From Rhodopirellula sp. (lineage in GTDB: Bacteria; Planctomycetota; Planctomycetia; Pirellulales; Pirellulaceae): a DNA stretch of 64,000 nucleotides. The notes below the pieces were generated by a model. It made no database searches. It was not told where the DNA came from and was given only the letters and a program-made list of their open reading frames with translations. The DNA is taken from contig JAHELS010000004.1 in the NCBI GenBank assembly GCA_024644085.1, positions 894-64,893 on the forward strand, in the 5' to 3' direction. A program made the translations under genes and the position numbers. This document shows positions 20,745 through 29,812 of this stretch, in pieces (position 1 is the first letter of the stretch; every line of letters begins with the position of its first letter).

Positions 20745-22580
20745 CTAGTTGCAGCAGCTGCTGCAAGACGAGGACGCACATCCGCAGTCGCTTTTCTTGG
20801 AGTGCAGTCGGCCAAGAAGACCGTGGCCTTTCTTGCCGCCACAACCGCAGCTCGAGTCGCCACAGCCTGCGCCACCGTCGCCGCCGCAAGCACCGGCTGC
20901 CACCGAAGCTTCGTCGTCGCAGCAGACGTTAAGCACGTCTTCGACGAGACGAGGCACCATCTTGCAAACCTGGACCTGCTGTTCCTGCATTTCGCAATAG
21001 GGAACGCAGACGGTGTACTCTTCGATCTGTTCTTCGGGAACGCGATCGTAGCGGCATACCGTGTAAGCTTCGGTGCTGCACTCAGGCACGTTGTAGGTGT
21101 AGGACACCTCTTTGGTGCGCTGTTCGGCCGTGTAAGTGACGTGAGGATACGTGATCGTTTTGGTCACGTTTTCGTACGTCAATTGCTTGCGAGTCCGAGT
21201 TCGCGTTTCGTTGGTGTACTTGACGACCTTACGCATACGGGTGCGTTCTTCGTCGCCGTAAACACAGACTTTGCGAGTTCCAGTTCGCGATTCCGGGCTG
21301 TAGACAAGCTTGGCACATTCGTAGGGAACCTGCGTCGCCTGTTGCTCGTAAACCGTGTAGCTGACCACCTGGTCTTGCATGCTCTGGGTCGTTACCGGGA
21401 CTTGCTCGGTGACAACGTTGGGCACCCAGACTTTCTTGATGACCATCGGGCAATTGGCACTACCAGCCATTCCAACACCACCGACGCCTGCGCCGGCCGC
21501 ACCCGCACCTGCACCGGCCGCACCTGCACCAGCCGCAGCTGCGCCTGCACAATCGGGTCCGGTGCAACCTGCACCTGCGGCGAGGCCCGAGGCCGATGTC
21601 GCCCCGCATCCGCCGCAGTTAGCCGTGCCGCACGAGGAGCACGCTGGTGCCGGAGCACAGCTTGATGCACATCCCGATCCACAGCCGCCCGAGCGACCGT
21701 GATGATGTCCGAACAGCCGGCTCAGCAGGCCGCCTCGGCCCGATGATCCGCCGCGTCGGGCGTAGCTGCCCGGTCCACCGCCGGCAGCCATGGTCGCGGC
21801 CGGGGCCGGTACCATTTGCTCTTCCCAGTGGCCGTAGTCCTTGGTGACTTCCTGCATTGAGGTCGTCGGAACGCAGACCTGAACGGTGCGCGTCTTTGTG
21901 ACCGGCACAGCATTCATCACGGTATGAACGCGTTGCTCGGTTACGACTTGAGGAACATTCACGGTGTAGGTGAATGTTTCTTCCTGAAGTTTTGGAACTT
22001 TGACCGTGTATTTTTCGGGAACTTCGACCAATTGGGGTACACGAACGGTGTACTCCTCAGGAGCTTCCTTCCAAACCGGTACGGTTTCGGTAACTTCCAA
22101 AGTTTTCTCGGTCTTGACTGGAACAAGCTCCGAATAGGTGACCGTTTTCGTTTCCGTTTTGGGAACATTGACGGTCTTGGTGCGGTACTTGGTCTCGGTC
22201 ACGGGAACGGTGTTGTAAACCGTTTTGGTGCGGTATCGCGTTTCTTCTCTGGTTTTCCAGACGAGTACGGGACGAGATTCCGTCACGTACTGCGATTCCA
22301 TGACGACCTTGTAACCCTGGATGGGCTGGCAAAGTTGCTCAGCAACCGGGCCGAGGTCGGGGGTAAAGGTGGCTCCGTCGAGTGCGCCGGCGGCGCCGGC
22401 ACCCAAACAGCCTGCCGCAAGGGCAGTTCCACCACATTGACAACCGGCCGCGTGCGTCGATGCGCTTGCGGCACAAGGGTCGCTGCATCCGCCACACGGG
22501 ACGCAGTTGCCGGCTTGGCTAGTGCCGGCTGATGCCAGCATCGCGGCCGACATGCATACCAAACTTGCAATCCACTTCAC
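20745..22580 (-). CDS. YTV-repeat-like, Cys/Gly-rich exported envelope protein
   Basis: GTG start with AGAGGA RBS; signal peptide ending in SQA; repeated YTVxVP units with a 14-aa period; three Cys-rich regions. Confidence 0.87.
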   Translation of the reverse strand: MKWIASLVCMSAAMLASAGTSQAGNCVPCGGCSDPCAASASTHAAGCQCGGTALAAGCLGAGAAGALDGATFTPDLGPVAEQLCQPIQGYKVVMESQYVTESRPVLVWKTREETRYRTKTVYNTVPVTETKYRTKTVNVPKTETKTVTYSELVPVKTEKTLEVTETVPVWKEAPEEYTVRVPQLVEVPEKYTVKVPKLQEETFTYTVNVPQVVTEQRVHTVMNAVPVTKTRTVQVCVPTTSMQEVTKDYGHWEEQMVPAPAATMAAGGGPGSYARRGGSSGRGGLLSRLFGHHHGRSGGCGSGCASSCAPAPACSSCGTANCGGCGATSASGLAAGAGCTGPDCAGAAAAGAGAAGAGAGAAGAGVGGVGMAGSANCPMVIKKVWVPNVVTEQVPVTTQSMQDQVVSYTVYEQQATQVPYECAKLVYSPESRTGTRKVCVYGDEERTRMRKVVKYTNETRTRTRKQLTYENVTKTITYPHVTYTAEQRTKEVSYTYNVPECSTEAYTVCRYDRVPEEQIEEYTVCVPYCEMQEQQVQVCKMVPRLVEDVLNVCCDDEASVAAGACGGDGGAGCGDSSCGCGGKKGHGLLGRLHSKKSDCGCASSSCSSCCN

Positions 22581-22969
22581 TGCTGTGTTCCTCTGAACTG
22601 GGGGAAAAAGGATAAGTCTCTCGTGGCACACCTTGTGTGGTGCCACATCCCCCGAGCAGCTACTTCGAGAGTAGATGCAAAAAAGAAACATACAATCGTT
22701 CACCAAAGTTTTTTTGCTGAAATCCACATAACCGACCTTTCCGACCGGCCCGGGATAACCCCGTAATTCCCCGGAAAAACTTCGCGAAACGAGCCGATTG
22801 AAGTCTTGCGCCGACTCAATTTCGCGGTCCCGGATTAGTCTCGCGTGGTGCATTCGCTGAAACCTGCGTTCGCTGAAAACTGCTTACCCATCTCCTTCGT
22901 GAAAAGGAAATCGCCGTGCAAGACCGTTGTCTTTCTTTCGCGCCGAACCATCGATTTCGCTCCCCTGTC

Positions 22970-24322
22970 ATGCCGCTGGTCGTCGCAGTGGCGATGATCA
23001 TCGTTCCACTTGCCAATTTGAGTGCGGATTCGCCGCCGACACCACTCGAGGAACCGGTTGTCGCGCGGGTCGAAATGAAATTGGCGATTGATGAAAAGGT
23101 CGTCGACGTGATCGCAAAGGGTGACCTGTTGACCGTCCTCGAAGAGCGTGAGAATGACTACGTGATCTTGACGCACGATGGATCCAAGGGAGCCATCGAC
23201 AAAGTCAACGCGGCAAGGATCGCCGAGTCCGGCGACATTTATACGGATCTGATCAAGTTGAACCCGACCGAGGGCCGCTACTATACGCTTCGCGCCTCAT
23301 CGTGGTGGGCACTCGGACAGGTTGAAAAGGCGCTCGACGATTTTGATCACGCCATTGAACTTGGTTACACCGAAGCTCACGCCTACACCAGCCGCGGACT
23401 GTTTCATGCGGCAATGGGCAACTACGACAACGCAATCTCCGACTACAACGAAGCGCTGAAGATTGACTCTGACGATCTTGCAGCCGTAATCAACCGTGCC
23501 GCCGCATACATGAGCCGCGGCGATTATCTGATGGCCGCCGCTGACTATACCGTGGTTCTGGAACAGCGAACCAATTCGACCGCAATTCTGCATCAACGGG
23601 CGATCGCCTGGAAGGCAGCAGGACGAATGGACGATGCGGCTGCCGATTTCGACAAGATTCTCAGTCTCAATTCCAACGACTACAACGCCGTCATGGGTCT
23701 GGGATACATCCGTTTTCAGCAACAGCAATGGCAGCAAGCGGCTGAGACATTCGGCAAGGCCATCGAACTCAATAGCGAAGACGCCGTGGCCTATAACAAC
23801 CGCGGTTACAACCGTTATCAAATTGGCCAATTCGCCGTGGCACTGGAAGACTACGACGCGGCGATTCGATTGGCACCGGAGTATTCCCTGGCCCACCAGA
23901 ACAGGGCCTGGCTCCTCGCGACCGCCGAGGATGAGTCGATTCGCGATCCTGCGTCGGCTGTCGATTCAGCACGCAAGGCATGCGAATTGACGAACTTTGA
24001 AAACGTAGGCGACCTCTCAGCGCTGGCGGCCGCGTTGGCAGCCCACGGCGACTTTGAAGGAGCTGTTGGCTGGCAAGAGAAAGTCGTCGACCTGGTCAAT
24101 CCGAACTTCAAGTCCTTCGCAACCAAGATGCTCAAGCGCTACCAGGACGAGCGACCTTTTGCGATTGATCCCGACAAGGCGAACGCGGAAGAAAAGGCCG
24201 CCGCCGAATTGGAAGCCAAAGCGAAACAGCAGGCGCGGCAACGAGCTGAGCAACAGGCACTCGGGCAACAGGCAACGGAGCCGCCGCCAACGCAATTGGG
24301 CGAGGATCAGCCGCCGGCGTGA
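22970..24322 (+). CDS. Exported TPR-repeat protein with an SH3-like N-terminal domain
   Basis: Many TPRs (AYTSRG, AYNNRG, ALEDYDAAIRLAP); planctomycete-type NRAWLLAT...ARKACELT; start uncertain. Confidence 0.88.
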   Translation: MPLVVAVAMIIVPLANLSADSPPTPLEEPVVARVEMKLAIDEKVVDVIAKGDLLTVLEERENDYVILTHDGSKGAIDKVNAARIAESGDIYTDLIKLNPTEGRYYTLRASSWWALGQVEKALDDFDHAIELGYTEAHAYTSRGLFHAAMGNYDNAISDYNEALKIDSDDLAAVINRAAAYMSRGDYLMAAADYTVVLEQRTNSTAILHQRAIAWKAAGRMDDAAADFDKILSLNSNDYNAVMGLGYIRFQQQQWQQAAETFGKAIELNSEDAVAYNNRGYNRYQIGQFAVALEDYDAAIRLAPEYSLAHQNRAWLLATAEDESIRDPASAVDSARKACELTNFENVGDLSALAAALAAHGDFEGAVGWQEKVVDLVNPNFKSFATKMLKRYQDERPFAIDPDKANAEEKAAAELEAKAKQQARQRAEQQALGQQATEPPPTQLGEDQPPA

Positions 24323-24375
24323 TGCGCGAAGGCTCGGTGTTCACGCGATGTCGGGCCACGGCGGCAAGGGGGCCG

Positions 24376-24606
24376 CTAAAACAAACTGATCCGGCCGTAC
24401 CTCCAAGTACCGCGTCGCAGCGTGTCGACCGCTTCTTCATCGGTCCATCCAAGCGGCGCCGGAGTTTTCATCGGGACGCCTCGAACGGTGATCACGAAGT
24501 AACGCGCGTCCTCGTGCGGTTCCATGACGCGGATCTCAAGCTGGTATCCGAGCTTTTCAGCGGTCTCTTCGAGCCGATGCGTCGCCAACGTTTCGTAAAC
24601 TCGCAT
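24376..24606 (-). CDS. Small hypothetical protein (76 aa)
   Basis: Fits the gap without overlaps; globular-looking composition; no family recognised. Confidence 0.5.
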   Translation of the reverse strand: MRVYETLATHRLEETAEKLGYQLEIRVMEPHEDARYFVITVRGVPMKTPAPLGWTDEEAVDTLRRGTWRYGRISLF

Positions 24607-24687
24607 GGCATGACCTGTTGTGGTGAGGGCGTTGCAGGAGATCCAGATTCGATTGCAAACGTTCGATTGCAAAGCCGCTGGACCGGT

Positions 24688-25734
24688 TCAGTAGTTCCCG
24701 CTGCGAACTTGAAAGTCGGTCGGCTTGCCGAGTGTTTCGCCGCCGCGAAGTAACCACGCGGCAATCCAATCAATCATCATTTCGGTGCTGATCAACGGTT
24801 CGCCAAATCGCTCGCGTGCAATTCCATTATGACTTAACCAGCAATTGTTGGCTTCTCTCCCGGAGAATTGAACGCCACGGCCAAGCCGCCGGCCAAATTC
24901 GGCGGCGATGTCCCGGACTCGTTCTACCTTGGATCCCGTGACATTGATAACCATTGGCGGCGATTCCGCCAGCGGAAGACATTGAAGTATCTGAGTGATT
25001 GCGTCCCCCTGCCAAATGACATTCACGTATCCAGTTTCGAGGTCGATCGTTTCACCCGATTGAATTTTTTGCGCGATATCGACGAGCACACCGTAGCGGA
25101 GCTCGACCGAGTAATTCAGTCTTACCAAAACGCACTTCGTGCCATGCCGTTTCGAACCGTTGACGAATGCGGCCTCACGACCAAGGCAACTTTGTGCATA
25201 CGCGCCGGGCGGATCGATGGCGCTTGTCTCGGTGGAGCCACCTGAAGAGGGAGTTGTGAATGAATAGACGCATCCTGTTGAGAGCGCGACGATGCGTGAT
25301 TCGCGAAAATGATCGGCCACCATTTGTGGCATCATCACGTTGAATCGGTGGAGCAAATCGCTTTGACTGGATGTGCCAAATTTGATCCCGGCGAGATAGA
25401 AGACGTTAGGAAATCGACGCACCGAATCGAGTTGCGATCGATCACTCAGATCGATCGCGATGACCGGAATCCCGGCCTGCTCAAACGCCTGTCGCGACCC
25501 CTCGGCGGCGAAGCGTGAGACGGCGGTAACGCTCTCACGTCGGCCGAGTTGCTCGAGAGCACGCTGGAGCTCGCGGCAGAGATGAAATCCCATCTTCCCT
25601 CCGGCTCCGAGTACGGCGAAGTCGCCGTCGATCTGACTCATTGCGTCCAAAACCGCGTTGGTTGGACGGGTGATGATCTCATTGAGTTCGTCCAATGATT
25701 TGGGCGGATCATGCGGCGGCAGCGATTTTGGCAT
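24688..25734 (-). CDS. NAD-dependent epimerase/dehydratase family protein
   Basis: VLGAGGKMG, YLAGIKFG, STGCVY, YAQSCLGRE, RLNYSVELRYGVL. Confidence 0.9.
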   Translation of the reverse strand: MPKSLPPHDPPKSLDELNEIITRPTNAVLDAMSQIDGDFAVLGAGGKMGFHLCRELQRALEQLGRRESVTAVSRFAAEGSRQAFEQAGIPVIAIDLSDRSQLDSVRRFPNVFYLAGIKFGTSSQSDLLHRFNVMMPQMVADHFRESRIVALSTGCVYSFTTPSSGGSTETSAIDPPGAYAQSCLGREAAFVNGSKRHGTKCVLVRLNYSVELRYGVLVDIAQKIQSGETIDLETGYVNVIWQGDAITQILQCLPLAESPPMVINVTGSKVERVRDIAAEFGRRLGRGVQFSGREANNCWLSHNGIARERFGEPLISTEMMIDWIAAWLLRGGETLGKPTDFQVRSGNY

Positions 25735-25952
25735 GCGATTGAGCGTCCGGAGATTTTGTCCTGGGGAGTCAGTCTGACGAGCCGCTTGCACCGGATTTCG
25801 CCGGCCCGCCGCCCCACGGCGGGTGGAAAGGTTGCCTGGGATTGCACGGTTCGGCTACGATACCCGGTTAGTCAACAGATGACGTTCCGCCATTTTTTCG
25901 GTTCTTGCAACCGTCACCCACCCCAATTCCCTCCCAACTGGCGTTGATAATC

Positions 25953-27296
25953 ATGTTGTCGATCCTAGGAAGGTCGAGCCGTTTTTGTGATGGAGTCTCA
26001 CGGCGCGGTTTCTTGAAAATCGGCGGGCTCAGCTTCGGAGCTGGCGGATTCACCCTCGCCGATCTGATGCGTGCGGAGGCTGCCGGTGGGCAATCGAATT
26101 CGCACAAGGCAGTGATCAACGTCTTCCTTGCGGGCGGACCGCCGCACCAGGATTTATGGGAAATCAAGACCGACGCACCGAGTGAGATCCGTGGCGAATT
26201 CCGACCGATCAAAACCAACGTGCCGGGCATCGAAATCTGTGAGGTGATGCCGCGGTTGGCCGGACTGATGGACAAGGCGGCCGTCATCCGAAGTGTCGTC
26301 GGTTGCAGCGGCGGGCATGACCCCTACGTCTGTTTCTCCGGATGGCACCCCAACGAGCTAAGAAGCATTGGCGGGCGGCCGGCCATCGGTTCCGCAGTGG
26401 CGAAGATGTTTGGTCCCGTTGATGCTTCGGTACCACCGAACATCGGGCTTGCCAAGCCGACCAAGCACCAACCCTGGTCCGATTCTGGAACGGCGGGATT
26501 TCTCGGAGCGGCGTACGCCCCGTTCAAACCGGACGGTCCCGGTATGCAGAACATGACATTGAACGGGATCACACTCGAGCGATTGGCCGATCGTCGAAAG
26601 TTGCTTGCCCGAATCGATTCGATGCGTCGGGACATCGACATTACCGGTGCGATGGAAGGGATGGACGCCTTTGGCCAACGTGCGCTTGACGTATTAACCA
26701 GCAGCAAGTTGCTCGATGCTTTGGACCTCAGCAAAGAAGACCCGAAGATTGTCGAGCGCTACGGGGATGGCAAGCCGTACCAGTATCAATATGACGGTGC
26801 ACCGACCTGCAACGAACAGTTGTTGCTCGCGCGGCGTCTGGTCGAAGCGGGTGCGAGGGTGGTCAGCTTGAGTTTCGGACGATGGGACAGTCACGGCCAG
26901 AATTTCGATCTCGTTCGCGATCATGGTGGCAAGCTCGATCAGTGCTTGAGCGCCTTGATCGAAGACCTCGATCAACGCGGTATGCTCGACGACGTGACCA
27001 TCGTGGTGTGGGGTGAATTCGGTCGGACGCCGAAGATTAACGGGAACGCTGGCCGCGATCACTGGACTCGTGTCAGTTGCGCCTATCTCGCCGGCGGCGG
27101 CATGCGGACCGGACAAGCGATTGGTGCAACAAACCGCATGGGCGAAGAGCCGTCCGAGCGACCGGTCCACATGCAAGAGGTTGTGGCGACGTTGTATCAC
27201 AATCTTGGCATTGATACCGCGACCGCCACGATTCCTGATCCGACGGGCCGGCCGCAATACCTGGTCGACCGCGACCCCATTGCCGAGTTGATCTAG
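25953..27296 (+). CDS. DUF1501 protein with Tat signal
   Basis: CDGVSRRGFLKIG; VFLAGGPPHQD, LLARRLVEAG, WDSH, GEFGRTP, GRDHW. Confidence 0.93.
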   Translation: MLSILGRSSRFCDGVSRRGFLKIGGLSFGAGGFTLADLMRAEAAGGQSNSHKAVINVFLAGGPPHQDLWEIKTDAPSEIRGEFRPIKTNVPGIEICEVMPRLAGLMDKAAVIRSVVGCSGGHDPYVCFSGWHPNELRSIGGRPAIGSAVAKMFGPVDASVPPNIGLAKPTKHQPWSDSGTAGFLGAAYAPFKPDGPGMQNMTLNGITLERLADRRKLLARIDSMRRDIDITGAMEGMDAFGQRALDVLTSSKLLDALDLSKEDPKIVERYGDGKPYQYQYDGAPTCNEQLLLARRLVEAGARVVSLSFGRWDSHGQNFDLVRDHGGKLDQCLSALIEDLDQRGMLDDVTIVVWGEFGRTPKINGNAGRDHWTRVSCAYLAGGGMRTGQAIGATNRMGEEPSERPVHMQEVVATLYHNLGIDTATATIPDPTGRPQYLVDRDPIAELI

Positions 27297-29812
27297 TGAT
27301 ATTCAGTGCAACGCGGCCGCACGGATCGATGTCGATCGTGTCGAGCCCCCTTCCTGCATCGCTCGCTGTATTGTGGGCTTGTTCGATGTTTTGGGCGGCA
27401 AACACGTCATCGGCCGCCAATACTTCGTCACCCTCTCAAGCGGTTGCGGCCTTGAGCTTCGACAGCGCCGGTGGTTTCACGCTCGCCGGACGTGACGCAA
27501 GATTGCAGCTCGTCGTTTCTGAACGTGCCGGTGACGATCAGCGTGACGTTACCCATGCGGTCACGTTTTCCGCGGCACCGGCGGGGATCGTCGAAATCAA
27601 TCAGGGACTTGTGGTTCCGATCGCCGACGGCGAGGTCACGATCACGGCGAGTGACGCCAGCGAGCGGACCGCCGCAACCACGTTGAGAGTCGTGGAAACC
27701 GGGAACGAAGCGCCGGTCAGTTTTCCGGGCCGCATCGTCCCGATCTTCACGAAGCTCGGATGCAATGGAGGCGGTTGTCACGGCAAGGCGGCTGGCCAAA
27801 ACGGTTTCAAACTTTCGCTGCTGGGATTCCAACCGCAAGAAGACTACGAGCACCTGGTTCGCGAGTCACGCGGACGCCGCCTCTCGCCCGCCGCGCCCTC
27901 GCAAAGTTTGCTGTTGCGCAAAGCAACCAACGTCACTCCGCACGGCGGTGGACAACGCCTCGAAGTCGGGTCCCACGAGTACCGGATGCTTCACCGCTGG
28001 ATCGCCCAAGGGATGCCCTTGGGCAATGGAGAAGAACCCACGGTACTTTCGATCGAAGTGATTCCGCAACATCGGCGATTGGCCGCCTCGTCGACTCAGC
28101 AATTGTCGGTCGTTGCGAATCTCTCCAACGGCGAGACCGAAGACGTCACCCGCGCGGCACTTTATGAATCGAATGATCCGGAAATGGCGGATGTCACTGC
28201 ACGTGGTCACGTGGAGTTGAAAGAGCTCGTGGGTGATGTAGCCATCATGGCGCGCTATCAGGGTCAGGTCACGGTTTTTCGTGCCGACATCCCGCTCAGT
28301 ACAACGATAGAGCCCGATCGTTTTCCATCACAACCGGATAACGTTGTCGACAGATTCGTATTCAAGAAGCTTCAATCGCTCGGCATTCCACCTTCGCCGC
28401 TATGCGATGATGCGACTTTTTTGCGGCGCGTCACACTGGACATCGCCGGTCGGCTGCCGACGCTCGAGGAAGTGGATGCGCTTGAGGCTGATGCGAGTGA
28501 TGACAAACGGGAAGCTCTCGTCGAACGTCTGCTGGTGAGCGACGATTACGCGGACTATTTCGCCGGCAAGTGGAATTCGATCCTGAGGAATCGACGCACC
28601 GGCGGCGAATTGAAATTCGCCACGGTCGCATTCCACCAGTGGATTCGCGACAGCATCCTCGAGAACAAACCTTATGATCGATTTGTACGCGAAATTGTTG
28701 CCGCTTCGGGCAGTGTCGCCAGCCATCCGCCAGTCGTCTGGTTCCAGCAGGTTCCCGACACCAACCAGCGAATTGAGGATGCGGCCCAGTTATTCCTTGG
28801 CCAGCGGATCAAATGCGCGCGGTGTCACCATCACCCGTACGAGAAATGGAGCCAGGCCGATTACGCACAGATGTCGGCGTTTTTCTCGACGGTTTCCAAA
28901 AAGATCGTCGGTGATCCGGCCGAACCAATGTTCTTTGCCCGCGTCGGCGGCGCGTCGGCGAACCATCCCAAGACGGGCCGCTCGCTTACACCCGCCGGTC
29001 TCGATTCCGACAGCGCATCGATCGCAGCCCAGGACGATCCCCGCGTTCACTTCGCGGACTGGATGACTCGGCCCGAGAATCCATTCTTCGCTCGTGCCCT
29101 GGTCAATCGATATTGGAAACATTTCCTGGGACGAGGAATGGTCGAGCCCGAGGACGATCTGCGCGTAACCAATCCGCCATCGAACCCCGAACTTCTTGAC
29201 GCTCTGGCGAATCGTTTCGTCGATTCCGGCTACGACATGAGGGCGCTGATTCGGTTGATCGTTGGTTCACATGCCTACCAATTCGACAGCGACGCGGTGG
29301 CGGAAAACCTGGGGGATCGCCGCAGCTATTCGCGGTTTTACCCGAAGCGTTTGAAGGCAGAAGTCCTGCTGGACGCGATCGATCACGTCACGCAGAGCCC
29401 CACGCGGTTTGCGGGAATGCCCGCGTCGACTCGGGCCGTTGCGTTACCCGATACCGGGTTTTCATCGTACTTTCTGACGGTTTTCGGGCGGCCGAATTCA
29501 TCGACCGCGTGCGAATGTGAACGGGCACAGGACGCGAATCTTTCGCAGAGTCTACACCTGCTCAATTCGAAGGAAATTCAGGCCAAGTTGACCAATGACA
29601 CGGGCCGCGCCGCGATGATCGCCAGCGACGACTCGCGCAGCGACGAACAGAAGATCGACGAGCTGTATCGTATCGCCCTCGGGCGTAAACCAAGCGACGA
29701 GGAACTCAAAAGTATGTTGGCATACGTCTCGGAAAAGGAAAGTCGGCGCGAAGCCTACGAGGATGCCGTTTGGTCGCTCATCAACTCCAAAGAATTCCTG
29801 TTCAATCATTGA
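27296..29812 (+). CDS. Ig-like + DUF1549/DUF1553 cytochrome c-type protein
   Basis: Two Big_2-like segments (RDVTHAVTFS, EDVTRAALYESND); CNGGGCHG; CARCHHHP; NPFFARALVNRYW; CECER. Start GTG 27296 or ATG 27329. Confidence 0.92.
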   Translation: MIFSATRPHGSMSIVSSPLPASLAVLWACSMFWAANTSSAANTSSPSQAVAALSFDSAGGFTLAGRDARLQLVVSERAGDDQRDVTHAVTFSAAPAGIVEINQGLVVPIADGEVTITASDASERTAATTLRVVETGNEAPVSFPGRIVPIFTKLGCNGGGCHGKAAGQNGFKLSLLGFQPQEDYEHLVRESRGRRLSPAAPSQSLLLRKATNVTPHGGGQRLEVGSHEYRMLHRWIAQGMPLGNGEEPTVLSIEVIPQHRRLAASSTQQLSVVANLSNGETEDVTRAALYESNDPEMADVTARGHVELKELVGDVAIMARYQGQVTVFRADIPLSTTIEPDRFPSQPDNVVDRFVFKKLQSLGIPPSPLCDDATFLRRVTLDIAGRLPTLEEVDALEADASDDKREALVERLLVSDDYADYFAGKWNSILRNRRTGGELKFATVAFHQWIRDSILENKPYDRFVREIVAASGSVASHPPVVWFQQVPDTNQRIEDAAQLFLGQRIKCARCHHHPYEKWSQADYAQMSAFFSTVSKKIVGDPAEPMFFARVGGASANHPKTGRSLTPAGLDSDSASIAAQDDPRVHFADWMTRPENPFFARALVNRYWKHFLGRGMVEPEDDLRVTNPPSNPELLDALANRFVDSGYDMRALIRLIVGSHAYQFDSDAVAENLGDRRSYSRFYPKRLKAEVLLDAIDHVTQSPTRFAGMPASTRAVALPDTGFSSYFLTVFGRPNSSTACECERAQDANLSQSLHLLNSKEIQAKLTNDTGRAAMIASDDSRSDEQKIDELYRIALGRKPSDEELKSMLAYVSEKESRREAYEDAVWSLINSKEFLFNH

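Noticed and set aside
22581-22853. Long N-terminal extensions in the ORF track (also folK-actA gap, coxA, rpoD, DUF1080, ThuA)
   Set aside because: Downstream starts give proper RBSs, signal peptides or family N-termini; the extensions look like non-coding sequence.
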